From positions 248,001 to 312,000 of the forward strand of contig CDROCS010001101.1 in the NCBI GenBank assembly GCA_977020255.1: a stretch of DNA of 64,000 nt, read 5' to 3'. Under the pieces are notes generated by a model that was not told the origin of the DNA, made no database searches, and saw only the letters and a list, made by a program, of their open reading frames with translations. This document shows positions 30,257 through 41,701 of the stretch, piece by piece. The stretch's first letter is position 1, and every line of letters starts with the position of its first letter. Source of the stretch: Obrimoposthia wandeli. Lineage: Eukaryota. The position numbers and the translations under genes are program-made.

Positions 30257-31225
30257 ATGGATAATCAACTGTTATTTTTATTATTAGTATTTGGAACTGT
30301 TGTTCTTTTATTCCAAAGTTTATTTATCTCTGTCTATAATCCAAAACGCGCTAGTGCAAAAAATATCCGTAAGCACTTAAAATCGCTGGCTAATGATAAT
30401 AGTGATATTGCAACTGAAATTCTACTCAATAAAAAACTTGAAAAATTACCCCCTTTTTTACAATGGCTTGAATCTCAATCTTGGGTAAATAACCTAAGTT
30501 ACAAAATGGAATTATCAGGTTCTAACCTATTAGGCTATCAATACTTATTAATAACACTGGCATCTTGCTGCATTGCTGCTGTTTCGATGTGGTTTATCAC
30601 CCTCGATATTGTCGTGTCGCTCTTCTCCATTATTTTTATTCTTTTTGTCATGCATATAATTATCAATAGAAATATTAATAAACGTATGGAAAACATCGAG
30701 CATGACTTTCCTGAAGTATTAGATGTCCTAAAACGTGGACTACAAGCTGGTTACGCTTTTAGTGATTCATTAAAGTTAGTATTTGAAGAAACTGATGGCG
30801 ACTTATCTGATGAATTTAGAATCATGTTTAATCGTATTAATTATGGTAATGATATTCATACGGCTTTACTTTCCTTTGTTAAACGCGTGCCGACTACATC
30901 CGCGATGGCTTTTTCTAGTGCTGTATCAATACAAAAAGAAACGGGTGGTAATTTAGCTGAAAATATAGATAACTTATCTAAAATTATTCGTCAACGATTC
31001 ACCTTCCAAAGACGCGTTAAAACACTATCTGCAGAAGGACGGCTTTCAGGCTGGATCCTCTCACTAACTCCTTTCATTCTTTTTGCTGGTCTATATTTCA
31101 TATCCCCAGATTACGCCAACGTATTAATGGGCACTCCGGAAGGTCTAGATTTGTTGAAATGGGGTGGTATCGGTATGTTTGTAGGGATCTGGTGGATAAG
31201 CCGACTTATTAAGATAGAGGTCTAA
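30257..31225 (+). CDS. tadB: Tad inner-membrane platform protein TadB
   Basis: T2SSF domain; QKETGGNLAE; LSAEGRLSGWIL. Confidence 0.92.
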   Translation: MDNQLLFLLLVFGTVVLLFQSLFISVYNPKRASAKNIRKHLKSLANDNSDIATEILLNKKLEKLPPFLQWLESQSWVNNLSYKMELSGSNLLGYQYLLITLASCCIAAVSMWFITLDIVVSLFSIIFILFVMHIIINRNINKRMENIEHDFPEVLDVLKRGLQAGYAFSDSLKLVFEETDGDLSDEFRIMFNRINYGNDIHTALLSFVKRVPTTSAMAFSSAVSIQKETGGNLAENIDNLSKIIRQRFTFQRRVKTLSAEGRLSGWILSLTPFILFAGLYFISPDYANVLMGTPEGLDLLKWGGIGMFVGIWWISRLIKIEV

Positions 31226-31228
31226 ACA

Positions 31229-32206
31229 ATGGAACAAATTCAAATAATGCTTGCGACTATAATGTCTAATCCAAGTATCACTGAATGGGGTATTTATTTA
31301 GTTGCTGCCCTAGCAGGTATTACGTTAGCGGTTGCCGTTTCTTACTTATTTTCCGGTTTGTATTCACCCGTTAGAGCGCAAATTAATAAATTATCTAAGT
31401 CACCGTCATCATCAACTGATATGGGTAAGGAATATGAATCTTCCTTAGAACATACAATTAAGAAACTTGATTCAATCCCTTTTATTAATAAACGTTATCA
31501 AGGCGATTCATCCGCTAAGGAACTGCTCATTCATGCTGGTTTTCACTCCCAAGGTGCATTAAAAATTTATAACGCGATAAAATTATTATCTTTATTACTT
31601 GGATTAGCAATTGCGATCTTTAGCATTAGGCAGATACCAAATTTATCAATTAGAGCAGAAATACTCATTATCATTGCCGGTTTAAGTATCGGTTATTTAT
31701 TACCTGGTATCATTCTATCTAAACTTGCCACACACCGCATGAATGATTTGCGTAAATACTTTCCTGATGCACTCGATTTACTGGTCGTTTGTTGCGAAGC
31801 GGGACTTGGTTTACTTGAATCCTTCCAAAGAGTAAGCAGAGAGTTACAGCTTTCTCACCCAAATCTTTCTTTTGAACTTGGACTTGTCTGTAGCAAAGTC
31901 AGATATGGTCTAACATTACAACAAGCACTTCAAGAGTTCAGTTATCGTACGGGACTTGAAGATATTAAAGGGCTGAATTCTGTCATCGTACAGAGCTTAA
32001 AGTTAGGTACTGGTGTGGCAGCCACTATCAGAGTATATGCTGATGAATACAGAGAAAAACGCTTGCAAAGAGCCGAAGAGCAAGCTGCAAAATTAGGTGT
32101 GAAAATGATATTTCCTATGATGTGTTGTATCTGGCCCTCTTTTTTTATCGTTGCCATTGGCCCTGCAGTGTTAAATGTCATAAGAGTTTGGGATAAAGCA
32201 TTTTAA
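31229..32206 (+). CDS. tadC: Tad inner-membrane platform protein TadC
   Basis: FPDALDLLVVCCEAGLGL; AEEQAAKLGVKMIFPM. Confidence 0.93.
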   Translation: MEQIQIMLATIMSNPSITEWGIYLVAALAGITLAVAVSYLFSGLYSPVRAQINKLSKSPSSSTDMGKEYESSLEHTIKKLDSIPFINKRYQGDSSAKELLIHAGFHSQGALKIYNAIKLLSLLLGLAIAIFSIRQIPNLSIRAEILIIIAGLSIGYLLPGIILSKLATHRMNDLRKYFPDALDLLVVCCEAGLGLLESFQRVSRELQLSHPNLSFELGLVCSKVRYGLTLQQALQEFSYRTGLEDIKGLNSVIVQSLKLGTGVAATIRVYADEYREKRLQRAEEQAAKLGVKMIFPMMCCIWPSFFIVAIGPAVLNVIRVWDKAF

Positions 32207-32223
32207 AGTAAAGGATAATTATA

Positions 32224-33198
32224 ATGATTAAATGGTACCTCATATTGCTCATATTGCTATCAGGTTGCACGACAACAAGCGGACAACCTGAGTTACCGTC
32301 ACTTGCTGACATCCCCGCTGAATCACGTGAAACGTTAATACAAAATGCTCGCAATGCTGAACAAAATAAGCAATTTGATAAAGCGATAGTGCTGTATATT
32401 AAATCACTTGATCAAGAATACGACGATGATACCGCAGAAGAAAATAAAATCCCCAACACACAAATATTTTATAACATTGGCATACTTGAAGTAAAACAAG
32501 GTCATAATGAACTCGCTATGACCGCCTTTAAACATTTACTTTTACAAGAGCCGGAGCATCACTTAGCTCAAGCGCAATTAGGTATATTATATCTAGAAAA
32601 TAAACAAAAAAAACAAGCCATTAAACTATTAACTCAAGCAATTACAGCCGATCAATTAAGATTAGGCAATACAATCAACAACGATTACAAATTTGTATCT
32701 CTTGATACCAAATCCCCCTTGCCAGCTTATAGTGCTTTCGCTGTTATACAAGATCTAGAGGGCCAACATCAACAAGCAATTCAAACTCAGCGCCTTGTTA
32801 TCCCGCTATCTGAACGAGATCCATTTGTTTATACTAATATCGGTTACTCTTATTACTTAGCTGGTAATTTTGTTGAAGCTGAAATTCAATATAAGAAAGC
32901 CATTGATATAGACAATCAATTTAAACGAGCATGGCTAAATCTAGGATTAGTTTACACGCGTAAAGGTATGTATAGCAAAGCACTGCAAACATTAAAGCAA
33001 GTTATGCCTACAGAACACGCGTATAATGATATAGGTTACTTTCTGATATTAGAAGGTCGTTACCGTGAAGCTGAGTACTTTATTGAACGCGCAATCGAGC
33101 TTTCTCCAAGTTACTTCGTGAAAGCAAATGTGAATCTTGAAAACCTTAAATTACAGATGAACAAAGACATCGATCTGGCTTATTCAAGTGAAGAATAA
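32224..33198 (+). CDS. tadD: TPR lipoprotein TadD (secretin pilotin)
   Basis: Lipobox LSGC; multiple TPR repeats; last gene of the tad operon. Confidence 0.85.
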   Translation: MIKWYLILLILLSGCTTTSGQPELPSLADIPAESRETLIQNARNAEQNKQFDKAIVLYIKSLDQEYDDDTAEENKIPNTQIFYNIGILEVKQGHNELAMTAFKHLLLQEPEHHLAQAQLGILYLENKQKKQAIKLLTQAITADQLRLGNTINNDYKFVSLDTKSPLPAYSAFAVIQDLEGQHQQAIQTQRLVIPLSERDPFVYTNIGYSYYLAGNFVEAEIQYKKAIDIDNQFKRAWLNLGLVYTRKGMYSKALQTLKQVMPTEHAYNDIGYFLILEGRYREAEYFIERAIELSPSYFVKANVNLENLKLQMNKDIDLAYSSEE

Positions 33199-33361
33199 CC
33201 CTCTGCTTGGTGACGACTGTGTTTTAATAATGTTTTAATATAAACACTTCATAAATAATAGTTACAAATAATCGTTAAAAAAGCATTGCAATTTTATCCT
33301 AGATTGCTATTGTGAACTCAACCACACTTATTAGTAACAACATACTAACTGGAAAAACATT

Positions 33362-33409
33362 ATGAACAACAATCTGAAAGTAAACGTGCATCACCATCAT
33401 CATATTTGA
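33362..33409 (+). CDS. hisL: his operon leader peptide
   Basis: Hand translation MNNNLKVNVHHHHHI*, with five consecutive His codons. Confidence 0.92.
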   Translation: MNNNLKVNVHHHHHI

Positions 33410-33467
33410 TTAGCTTTCAGGCTGTTAACTGGAGGTGTATGCATGCAAACTTCCGGAACTCATTTAG

Positions 33468-33504
33468 AAAAACCCTCGGAAGATTGAACTTTCGGGGGTT
33501 TTTT
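33468..33504 (+). promoter_or_regulatory. his attenuator terminator
   Basis: AAAAACCCTCGGAAG-loop-CTTTCGGGGGTTTTTT between hisL and hisG. Confidence 0.88.
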
Positions 33505-33544
33505 CGTTTATAGACAATTATTTTAACAAGGTTTAAGGATGACT

Positions 33545-34456
33545 ATGTTAGACACAAAAAATGACCAACCAAGACTAAGAATCGCAATTCAAAAATCAGG
33601 CCGTCTTAGCACTGAATCTCAAAACCTACTTAAAGCCATGGGCCTTAAAATTAGCATGCGCGAACAACGTTTGATCGCTCACTGTGAAAATATGCCTGTT
33701 GATCTACTTCGCGTACGTGACGACGACATTCCAGGTTTAATCATGGATGGCGTTGCCGACCTTGGTTTCATTGGCGAAAACGAACTAGAAGAAAAAGAAC
33801 TAGAGCGTCAACGTCTTGGTGAACCCGCTGAATACAAACTGCTTAAACGCATGACATTTGGTGGCTGTCGCTTATCAATTGCAGCAACAGAAGAGTTTGA
33901 CTATCAAGGCCCTCACTCTTTAGAAGGCCTTCGCATTGCAACATCTTACCCTGAGCTGCTAAAACGCTACCTTGATGAACAAGGCGTTAACTTTAAATCA
34001 GTCATGCTTAATGGTTCTGTTGAAGTTGCTCCTCGTGCAGGCATTGCCGACGCAATTTGTGATCTGGTATCGACAGGCGCGACGCTTGAAGCTAATGGTC
34101 TTAAAGAAGTACAAGACATCTTCCATTCTAAAGCGGTATTAATTCAAGCTAAAGCAGACTTATCGGAAGATAAACAAGCATTAGTCGATCGCTTAATGAT
34201 TCGTGCTCAAGGTGTAATGCAAGCAAAAGAAAGCAAATACATCATGCTACACGCGCCTAAGTCACAACTTGATGCTGTCATAGCCCTACTCCCAGGTGCT
34301 GAAAACCCAACAGTATTGCCACTAGCATCAACTGAAGACACGGTTGCAGTACACCTAGTAAGTACAGAGAAACTATTCTGGGAAACGATGGAAGAACTTA
34401 AACAGCTAGGTGCAAGTTCAATTTTAGTATTACCAATTGAAAAAATGCTAGGTTAG
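33545..34456 (+). CDS. hisG: ATP phosphoribosyltransferase (long form)
   Basis: [10 protein letters not shown]; VRDDDIP; [25 protein letters not shown]; start placed after AAGGA. Confidence 0.97.
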   Translation: MLDTKNDQPRLRIAIQKSGRLSTESQNLLKAMGLKISMREQRLIAHCENMPVDLLRVRDDDIPGLIMDGVADLGFIGENELEEKELERQRLGEPAEYKLLKRMTFGGCRLSIAATEEFDYQGPHSLEGLRIATSYPELLKRYLDEQGVNFKSVMLNGSVEVAPRAGIADAICDLVSTGATLEANGLKEVQDIFHSKAVLIQAKADLSEDKQALVDRLMIRAQGVMQAKESKYIMLHAPKSQLDAVIALLPGAENPTVLPLASTEDTVAVHLVSTEKLFWETMEELKQLGASSILVLPIEKMLG

Positions 34457-34495
34457 TAGCAAACATTCAGCAGCAATGTTAAGGGAGGATCAAGC

Positions 34496-35791
34496 ATGAA
34501 AACAGTAGTATGGGATCAATTAAGCCAGGCAGAACAATCAGCATTATTAATGCGCCCTGCAATATCAAACTCAGCAAAAATTGGTGGCATTGTTACCGAC
34601 ATCATTGCACAAGTGAGAAATGAAGGTGATAACGCATTAAAAGCACTCACTGCAAAATTTGATAAAGTTGAAGTCGATAACTTACGCGTGACAGCAGCAG
34701 AGATAGAGGCTGCAAGTCAACGTGTAGATGCCGACACGAAACAAGCTATCAAACAAGCACAGCAACACATACATCTTTTCCACGAAGCTCAAGTACAAGA
34801 GACTATTAGTGTAGAAACGATGCCAGGTGTGGTGTGTGAAATGCACACAGTGGCAATTGATGCTGTTGGTTTATATATCCCGGGTGGCAGCGCACCGCTA
34901 CCGTCAACTGTTCTCATGCTTGCAACACCCGCTAACATAGCTAAGTGTGAGCGTATTGTACTAGCAACACCACCGCCTATTGCAGATGAGATTTTATTTG
35001 CAGCCCAGTTATGTGGTGTTACTGAAATTTATACACTTGGTGGTGCACAAGCTATCGCGGCATTGGCATACGGGTCTGAATCTATCGCAAAAGTAGATAA
35101 GATCTTTGGCCCAGGTAATGCGTTTGTTACCGAGGCAAAACGCCAAGTCAGTACTGATATAAACGGTGCAGCCATTGATATGCCTGCGGGCCCATCAGAA
35201 GTTCTAGTGATTGCAGATGCGCAGGCTGACGCAGGTTTCATCGCTGCAGACTTATTATCGCAAGCAGAACATGGTCCTGATTCACAATCAATCTTGGTTG
35301 TATCATCGAGTGAACTGGCTGCACAAGTATCTGAACAAGTAACACAACAGTTAGCCTGTCTTTCTCGTCAAGAGATAGCTGTACAGTCTATTGCATCAAG
35401 TTTAATTATTGTTACCTCAGATACAGACACGTCAATTGCAATTAGTAACCTATACGCTCCCGAGCACTTAATTGTGCAAACAGAAAATGCGCGTAGTTTA
35501 TTACCAAAATTGAAACATGCTGGTTCTATATTCTTAGGGGCTTGGTCTCCTGAATCTGTCGGTGATTATGCAAGTGGCACTAACCATGTATTACCAACCT
35601 ATGGTTACACTAAAACCTATTCAAGTTTAGGACTTGCTGATTTTACTAAACGCTTTACTGTTCAGGAGTTATCTAAAGATGGTCTCAAGAACTTGGCGAA
35701 GACGGTCACTTGTCTGGCTGATGCAGAAGGACTCGACGCGCATAAACGTGCAGTCACCATCAGAATCGAGCGTTTGGGAGAAACAGCATGA
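34496..35791 (+). CDS. hisD: Histidinol dehydrogenase
   Basis: GLYIPGG; IDMPAGPSE; LSQAEHG; APEHL; [13 protein letters not shown]. Confidence 0.97.
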   Translation: MKTVVWDQLSQAEQSALLMRPAISNSAKIGGIVTDIIAQVRNEGDNALKALTAKFDKVEVDNLRVTAAEIEAASQRVDADTKQAIKQAQQHIHLFHEAQVQETISVETMPGVVCEMHTVAIDAVGLYIPGGSAPLPSTVLMLATPANIAKCERIVLATPPPIADEILFAAQLCGVTEIYTLGGAQAIAALAYGSESIAKVDKIFGPGNAFVTEAKRQVSTDINGAAIDMPAGPSEVLVIADAQADAGFIAADLLSQAEHGPDSQSILVVSSSELAAQVSEQVTQQLACLSRQEIAVQSIASSLIIVTSDTDTSIAISNLYAPEHLIVQTENARSLLPKLKHAGSIFLGAWSPESVGDYASGTNHVLPTYGYTKTYSSLGLADFTKRFTVQELSKDGLKNLAKTVTCLADAEGLDAHKRAVTIRIERLGETA

Positions 35792-36855
35792 GCCACCAGC
35801 TAACAAAACTCGCGAGAAAGAGTGTACAAGAACTAACACCGTACCAGTCTGCACGTAGAATTGGTGGCACTGGTGACATTTGGTTAAATGCCAATGAAGC
35901 ACCTGATTCTGGCCACTATGCCTTAGATTGCAGCCGTTTGAATCGTTATCCGGAATTTCAACCAGCCGCTGTTATTAATGGTTATGCTGATTATGCTGGG
36001 GTTAAACCGGAGAATGTGATCACAACCCGTGGTGCAGATGAAGCGATCGAGTTATTAATCCGCACATTCTGTGAGCCTGGCGTTGATAGTATTCTAATCA
36101 ATCCGCCAACTTACGGCATGTATGAAGTGAGCGCTGAAACCTGTGGTGTGAATATCATCAAACAAGATTTAGATGCTAATTTCGACCCTGACTACGAGGC
36201 GATAACGGCACAATTAGACTCAGTTAAGATTGTATTTTTATGCGCACCTAATAATCCAACGGGTAATCTACTCGATTCAGCTTGTTTAACGGATTTATTG
36301 AACGCGGCGAAAGACAAAGCAATTATTGTCTGTGATGAAGCTTACATTGAATTTTGTCCAGCGGCATCACAAGTGTCGTTGCTACAAGATTTCGATAACT
36401 TAGTGATCTTAAGAACACTGTCAAAAGCATTTGCCTTAGCGTCATTGCGCTGTGGCTTTGCATTAGCCAGTGAAACTGTCATCGAGTTACTATCAAAAGT
36501 TATTCCACCTTATCCAGTACCTGAACCTGTGGCGCAAATCGCCAGCCAAGCGTTAACAGCATCGGGAATCGAAATAATGACAGACCGTGTTGCGCAACTT
36601 AACGGTATGCGTAGTGCGTTTATTGATGAGTTAAATCAATTGGCCGGTGTCGAGAAAGTATTCCCTGCAACCGGTAATTATGTCTTGGTACAATTTAATA
36701 ATAGCCAAAAAGTGTTTAGCTTATTAGGTGAACAAGGTATTGTATTAAGAGATTTTAGTTCCAAAGCACGATTAGAAAACTGTATTCGAATCACCTTAGG
36801 CAACGCGGCTGAAATGAACAGCACCTTGGCCGCATTAAAGTCTGTACTTTCTTAA
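35788..36855 (+). CDS. hisC: Histidinol-phosphate aminotransferase
   Basis: LNANE; PNNPTG; DEAYIEF; [13 protein letters not shown]-lysine motif. Confidence 0.97.
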   Translation: MSHQLTKLARKSVQELTPYQSARRIGGTGDIWLNANEAPDSGHYALDCSRLNRYPEFQPAAVINGYADYAGVKPENVITTRGADEAIELLIRTFCEPGVDSILINPPTYGMYEVSAETCGVNIIKQDLDANFDPDYEAITAQLDSVKIVFLCAPNNPTGNLLDSACLTDLLNAAKDKAIIVCDEAYIEFCPAASQVSLLQDFDNLVILRTLSKAFALASLRCGFALASETVIELLSKVIPPYPVPEPVAQIASQALTASGIEIMTDRVAQLNGMRSAFIDELNQLAGVEKVFPATGNYVLVQFNNSQKVFSLLGEQGIVLRDFSSKARLENCIRITLGNAAEMNSTLAALKSVLS

Positions 36856-36901
36856 TTACAGAAATCATAAAAGAATAAAAATAAACAAGCAGGAGCCCGA
36901 T

Positions 36902-37975
36902 GTGAGCAAGGAAAAATTCTTATTTATTGATCGTGATGGTACATTAATCGATGAACCGGTTAGCGATAAACAAGTCGACACTTTAGAGAAACTAAAATTT
37001 GAACCTTTAGTGATCCCAGCATTACTTAAGTTACAAGCTGCAGGTTTCAAGCTAGTCATCGTTTCTAATCAAGACGGACTTGGCACAGATAGCTATCCGC
37101 AAAGTGACTTTGATATCCCCCAAAACGCAATGATGGAGCTGTTTGCTTCACAAGGCGTTAACTTTGAAGCTGTGCTACTTTGTCCGCATTTCACTGAAGA
37201 CAACTGCAGTTGCCGTAAGCCACATTTAGGTATGGTTAAAGAATACTTACAATCAGGTCGTATCGATTTTGCTAACTCGTATGTGATTGGCGATCGTATT
37301 ACCGATATTCAACTTGCCGAGAACATGGGCATTGAAGGCATCTTTTATAATCGCACTGATTTAAATTGGCCAATGATTGAAGATAAGCTCTTGGCTAAAG
37401 GTAATCGCGTTGCGAGTGTAACGCGTACAACCAAAGAAACTGACATTAAAGTAGATATCGACCTTGATAGCCAAGGTGGTAGTAGTATTGATACCGGCAT
37501 GGGTTTCTTTGATCACATGTTAGATCAAATCGCGACACACGGCGGCTTTAGATTAAAATTGAGTGTAGCTGGTGACTTACATATTGATGATCACCACACC
37601 GTAGAAGATACAGCACTCGCCTTAGGCAATGCTATTAACCAAGCACTTGGTGATAAACGTGGTATTGGCCGTTTCGGCTTCGTACTACCAATGGATGAAT
37701 GTGAAGCATCTTGTTCACTGGATCTTTCTGGCCGTGCTTATCTGCAATTTAATGCCGAGTTCCCACGCGACCACATTGGTGAATTTGCAACAGAAATGGT
37801 TCCGCATTTCTTCCGCTCTTTAAGTGATGGTATGGCTGCAACAGTACACCTTAAAGCGGAAGGCAAAAACACTCACCACCTTGTAGAAAGCTTATTCAAG
37901 AGCTTTGGCCGTACGCTTCGCCAATGCATTAAAGTTGAAGGTGATATGCTACCAAGTTCAAAAGGAGTGCTTTAA
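36902..37975 (+). CDS. hisB: Bifunctional histidinol-phosphatase/imidazoleglycerol-phosphate dehydratase
   Basis: [11 protein letters not shown] motif; FFDHML; DDHHTVED; HHLVE. Confidence 0.97.
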   Translation: MSKEKFLFIDRDGTLIDEPVSDKQVDTLEKLKFEPLVIPALLKLQAAGFKLVIVSNQDGLGTDSYPQSDFDIPQNAMMELFASQGVNFEAVLLCPHFTEDNCSCRKPHLGMVKEYLQSGRIDFANSYVIGDRITDIQLAENMGIEGIFYNRTDLNWPMIEDKLLAKGNRVASVTRTTKETDIKVDIDLDSQGGSSIDTGMGFFDHMLDQIATHGGFRLKLSVAGDLHIDDHHTVEDTALALGNAINQALGDKRGIGRFGFVLPMDECEASCSLDLSGRAYLQFNAEFPRDHIGEFATEMVPHFFRSLSDGMAATVHLKAEGKNTHHLVESLFKSFGRTLRQCIKVEGDMLPSSKGVL

Positions 37976-38607
37976 TGGCTGAAAACACAATCAAAGATCA
38001 AACAAAAAGTAATGTGGTCATTATTGATACTGGTTGTGCCAATCTCTCATCAGTAAGATTTGCCATTGAACGCCTTGGTTATGCAGTGACCGTAAGCCGT
38101 GAGGCTGATGTCCTACGCAACGCTGATAAGCTATTCTTACCCGGTGTTGGTACAGCACAAGAGGCAATGAAAAACTTAGCTGACCGAGATTTAATTGAAT
38201 TAGTCAAAAGCCTAAAACAACCAGTATTGGGGATCTGTCTTGGTATGCAATTGCTTGCTGAATTTTCAGCAGAAAGTTCAGCAGAAGGTAATGTGGCAAC
38301 GCTAGGATTAATCAGTGGCAGTATCGACCCTATGCCAGGTGAAGGTGTTCGTTTACCACACATGGGTTGGAATCAGATTGAACCGCAACAAGATCATCCG
38401 TTATTCAAGGATATTCCAAGTGGCAGTTATTTCTATTTTGTGCATAGTTACGCACTCGCAGTTGGCAGTGACACGATTGCCACCTGCACACACGGCGCGC
38501 CATTTACCGCCGCAGTGAATAGAGATAATTTCTACGGTGTGCAATTCCATCCCGAGCGTTCAAGTAAAGCGGGTGCACAATTAATCAAGAATTTCCTGGA
38601 GATGTAG
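37975..38607 (+). CDS. hisH: Imidazole glycerol phosphate synthase subunit HisH
   Basis: LPGVG; GICLGMQ; FVHSY; QFHPE. Confidence 0.97.
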   Translation: MAENTIKDQTKSNVVIIDTGCANLSSVRFAIERLGYAVTVSREADVLRNADKLFLPGVGTAQEAMKNLADRDLIELVKSLKQPVLGICLGMQLLAEFSAESSAEGNVATLGLISGSIDPMPGEGVRLPHMGWNQIEPQQDHPLFKDIPSGSYFYFVHSYALAVGSDTIATCTHGAPFTAAVNRDNFYGVQFHPERSSKAGAQLIKNFLEM

Positions 38608-38608
38608 T

Positions 38609-39382
38609 ATGTTAGCAAAGCGCATAATACCTTGTTTAGATGTTAAAGATGGAAAGGTCGTCAAAGGGGTTAAATTCCGTAATCATGAATTGATCGGAGA
38701 CATCGTTCCCCTTGCTCAACGTTACGCTGCAGAAGGCGCTGACGAATTAGTATTTTACGATATAACGGCGAGTGCAGATGATCGTGTTGTTGATAAAAGC
38801 TGGGTAAGTCGCGTTGCAGAAGTTATTGATATTCCTTTTTGCGTTGCAGGCGGCATTAAAAGTGAAGAAGACGCAGCGCGTATTTTAGAATTTGGCGCAG
38901 ATAAAGTATCAATTAACTCCCCTGCACTGGCAGATCCAAGCTTGATTAATAGACTTGCAGCTAAGTTCGGCGTGCAATGTATTGTCATCGGTATCGACAG
39001 TTATTTCGATGAAGACACCGAGGAATATAAAGTCTATCAATTCACTGGTGACGAAACTCGAACACAAGTCACCAAGTGGACAACGTTTGAATGGATTAAA
39101 GAAGTTCAAAAACGTGGTGCCGGTGAAATCGTCCTCAATGTAATGAATCAAGATGGTGTTCGTGGTGGTTACGACACGGTACAATTATCTAAAGCCCGTA
39201 AAATTTGTAAAGTACCACTCATCGCCTCAGGTGGCGCTGGTGAAATGGCACACTTTACGACGGTCTTTAAAGAAGCAGACGTTGATGGCGCATTAGCCGC
39301 AAGTGTATTTCATAAACAAGTCATCAATATTGGTGAATTGAAAGAATATCTACGAGATCAAGATGTGGAGATCAGAACATGA
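38609..39382 (+). CDS. hisF: Imidazole glycerol phosphate synthase subunit HisF
   Basis: [12 protein letters not shown]; [13 protein letters not shown]; GADKVSINS; ASGGAG; ALAASVFH. Confidence 0.96.
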   Translation: MLAKRIIPCLDVKDGKVVKGVKFRNHELIGDIVPLAQRYAAEGADELVFYDITASADDRVVDKSWVSRVAEVIDIPFCVAGGIKSEEDAARILEFGADKVSINSPALADPSLINRLAAKFGVQCIVIGIDSYFDEDTEEYKVYQFTGDETRTQVTKWTTFEWIKEVQKRGAGEIVLNVMNQDGVRGGYDTVQLSKARKICKVPLIASGGAGEMAHFTTVFKEADVDGALAASVFHKQVINIGELKEYLRDQDVEIRT

Positions 39383-39993
39383 TAACAAACGAACAAATTA
39401 GCCAACTTGATTGGAAAAAAGTAGACGGTTTAATGCCAGCAATCATTCAAGACTCAGTATCAGGTGAAGTATTGATGCTAGGTTATATGAATGAAGAAGC
39501 TTTAAAAACAACATTAGAAATCGGCAAAGTTACTTTCTTCAGCCGTACTAAACAACGTCTATGGACTAAAGGTGAGTCTTCAGAGAACTATCTATTGGTT
39601 CAAGAGATAACAAAAGACTGTGACAATGATTCATTACTTATCACAGCTAAACCATGTGGCCCAACTTGCCACTTAGGTACAGATAGCTGCTTCGTAACTG
39701 AAAACAAACCTGCGCTTACATTCATTGCACAACTTGATAAAGTGCTTGAAGAACGTAAGACAGCCGATCCAGAAGTAAGCTATACGGCGAGTTTATTTGC
39801 TCGTGGTACTAAGCGTTGCGCACAAAAAGTCGGTGAAGAAGGTGTTGAAGTGGCACTAGCGGCTGTAGCCAAAGATCGTGATGAGTTAGTGAACGAAAGC
39901 TCTGATCTACTTTATCACCTACTCGTGTTGCTACAAAAAGAAGAAGTTCCACTAACCGAAGTTGTACAGTGCCTTGAAAATCGTCACAAATAA
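39379..39993 (+). CDS. hisIE: Bifunctional phosphoribosyl-AMP cyclohydrolase/phosphoribosyl-ATP diphosphatase
   Basis: [16 protein letters not shown]; DCDNDS; TCHLG; QKVGEEGVE; SDLLYH. Confidence 0.97.
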   Translation: MITNEQISQLDWKKVDGLMPAIIQDSVSGEVLMLGYMNEEALKTTLEIGKVTFFSRTKQRLWTKGESSENYLLVQEITKDCDNDSLLITAKPCGPTCHLGTDSCFVTENKPALTFIAQLDKVLEERKTADPEVSYTASLFARGTKRCAQKVGEEGVEVALAAVAKDRDELVNESSDLLYHLLVLLQKEEVPLTEVVQCLENRHK

Positions 39994-40016
39994 CGGCTAA
40001 TAATGGTACTTAAGCC

Positions 40017-40055
40017 AGTTAAAACTCAGGTTATTACCCCACTTGAGTTTTAACT
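40017..40055. terminator. Hairpin between convergent hisIE and acyltransferase
   Basis: 12-bp stem AGTTAAAACTCA/TGAGTTTTAACT. Confidence 0.65.
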
Positions 40056-40122
40056 GTCACTTTTAATATACAGGTAAACAGTTATTTTATTTACTCAGTA
40101 AAGCCAACCAAATAGCCTTATA

Positions 40123-40746
40123 TCACTGACTTTTGAATTTAGCCAAGCAATAGTTTTCTTTAAACTTCGGTTCCACATCTTTAAACACCATATCGATCGC
40201 TGCTAAATCTTTTTCTATATCACCAGTAACCGTAATAACATCACCAATCGTAACTCGCTTCTGCTTATAATCTAATTGATACAAAATAATCGGTACATTA
40301 GCCTCTAAGGCAATATAGTAAAATCCAGAACGCCAAAAGTCTTGATACTTACGCGTACCCTCTGGTGACATGGCATATAGAAAGCGCTCTTGGCTGTTAA
40401 AGATATTAACGACAGTCTGAACCATATTAGTCGATTTCGATCGCTCAATAGGTACACCACCTAAAAATGTCAATGCACCTTTAAATGGCCAGCTAAACAT
40501 CTCTGACTTACCCGCCCACTGCACATTGACTTTGTTCGCGAACCGCGCGCCAATAAGTAACGGAAAGTCCCAATTAGACGTATGCGGCGCATAAGCAATA
40601 ACAGCTTTGTTGTATTTAGCTGGGATGGGTTCGCAATACCAACCCGTAAAATCTAAAATTTTGTTGGCACATGCACTAAAAAATGCATTTTGAGAACTAT
40701 CTTTATTTTTCTCTTGCTGTTTCCCTTGCTGTTTCTCAACTGACAT
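40123..40746 (-). CDS. PlsC-like phospholipid/glycerol acyltransferase
   Basis: PHTSNWD (HX4D); SPEGTR; SGFYYIA. Confidence 0.88.
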   Translation of the reverse strand: MSVEKQQGKQQEKNKDSSQNAFFSACANKILDFTGWYCEPIPAKYNKAVIAYAPHTSNWDFPLLIGARFANKVNVQWAGKSEMFSWPFKGALTFLGGVPIERSKSTNMVQTVVNIFNSQERFLYAMSPEGTRKYQDFWRSGFYYIALEANVPIILYQLDYKQKRVTIGDVITVTGDIEKDLAAIDMVFKDVEPKFKENYCLAKFKSQ

Positions 40747-40999
40747 GATTAATCCTTTCTCAATAATTGATGAACCGACGATTGATACACATACAATGCT
40801 TGGCTTTTAAAAAAAATCAATCGTTTGCTTTTCAACCAAACTAATAGATTTTAACCTTATGTAAATTAACTTAATTTAAAATACTTTATTAAAATATTAA
40901 GTTAACCTCAATCACAATCGCCATATAACGATGTTACAGGGTGTCATTAAACTGTTTTTATAACAAGTCTTTGACTAATCAAACAAGTTATATAGCGTT

Positions 41000-41013
41000 T
41001 TGATATATATCAA
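41000..41013. promoter_or_regulatory. FNR box (perfect consensus)
   Basis: TTGAT-ATAT-ATCAA upstream of the cyd operon. Confidence 0.75.
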
Positions 41014-41049
41014 CGAATCTTTACACTCCACAAGGTAATTCATCCCAAT

Positions 41050-41063
41050 TTGACCTTGATCAA
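41050..41063. promoter_or_regulatory. Second FNR box overlapping a putative -35
   Basis: TTGAC-CTTG-ATCAA; overlaps TTGATC-N17-TAAACT. Confidence 0.6.
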
Positions 41064-41080
41064 TTACGGTTAGTGATTTA

Positions 41081-41104
41081 AACTTTCAGAAATTTCTGAA
41101 AGTT
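41081..41104. promoter_or_regulatory. Perfect 24-bp palindrome, probable operator of the downstream GbsR-type regulator
   Basis: AACTTTCAGAAA/TTTCTGAAAGTT, 13 bp upstream of the regulator start codon. Confidence 0.75.
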
Positions 41105-41117
41105 CGTAAGGTGACAT

Positions 41118-41681
41118 GTGAATATCTCTGCACAAAACCAATCGTTTGTTTATCACTTCGGTGAAATGGGCAGCCGATGGGGCTTCAATCGTACCGTTGG
41201 TCAAATGTATGCACTACTTGTTATAACAGAAGCACCTGTTTGCGCAAATGATCTTGCGAGTGGTTTAAATATCTCTCGTGGCAACGTCAGTATGGGCATT
41301 AAAGAACTGCAATCATGGCAGTTGATTCAAGTCAGCCATATACCTGGCGATCGCAAAGAATATTACAGTGCTATCGGTAGTATCTGGGATATGGCCAATA
41401 CTGTATTCAAAGAACGTCGTAAACGTGAAATTGATCCTACACTGTCTTTACTACGTACATCTCTATTAGAGAAGCCGACAGATGCAAATGACGAATATGC
41501 GCAGAGCAAAATGCAAGAGATCCACGATCTGCTTGAAATGGTCACCGAGTGGGCTGCAGAACTACAACGTCTTAATCCAGAGCAGCTGAGTCGATTAATG
41601 AAGCTAGGCGCTGGCGTTTCTAAAATGTTGTCTGTTAAAGATCAATTATTTCCAAATAAAAAAAATTCTGATTCAAATTAA
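41118..41681 (+). CDS. GbsR/MarR family transcriptional regulator (CydE-like)
   Basis: [21 protein letters not shown]; [15 protein letters not shown]; PGDRKEYY; first gene of the cyd operon. Confidence 0.88.
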   Translation: MNISAQNQSFVYHFGEMGSRWGFNRTVGQMYALLVITEAPVCANDLASGLNISRGNVSMGIKELQSWQLIQVSHIPGDRKEYYSAIGSIWDMANTVFKERRKREIDPTLSLLRTSLLEKPTDANDEYAQSKMQEIHDLLEMVTEWAAELQRLNPEQLSRLMKLGAGVSKMLSVKDQLFPNKKNSDSN

Positions 41682-41701
41682 TCTCTAGGAGTAATCTAAC
41701 A

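Noticed and set aside
38609-39382. Possibility that this ORF is hisA or a HisA/HisF fusion
   Set aside because: Length (257 aa) and motifs are canonical HisF; there is no second barrel.
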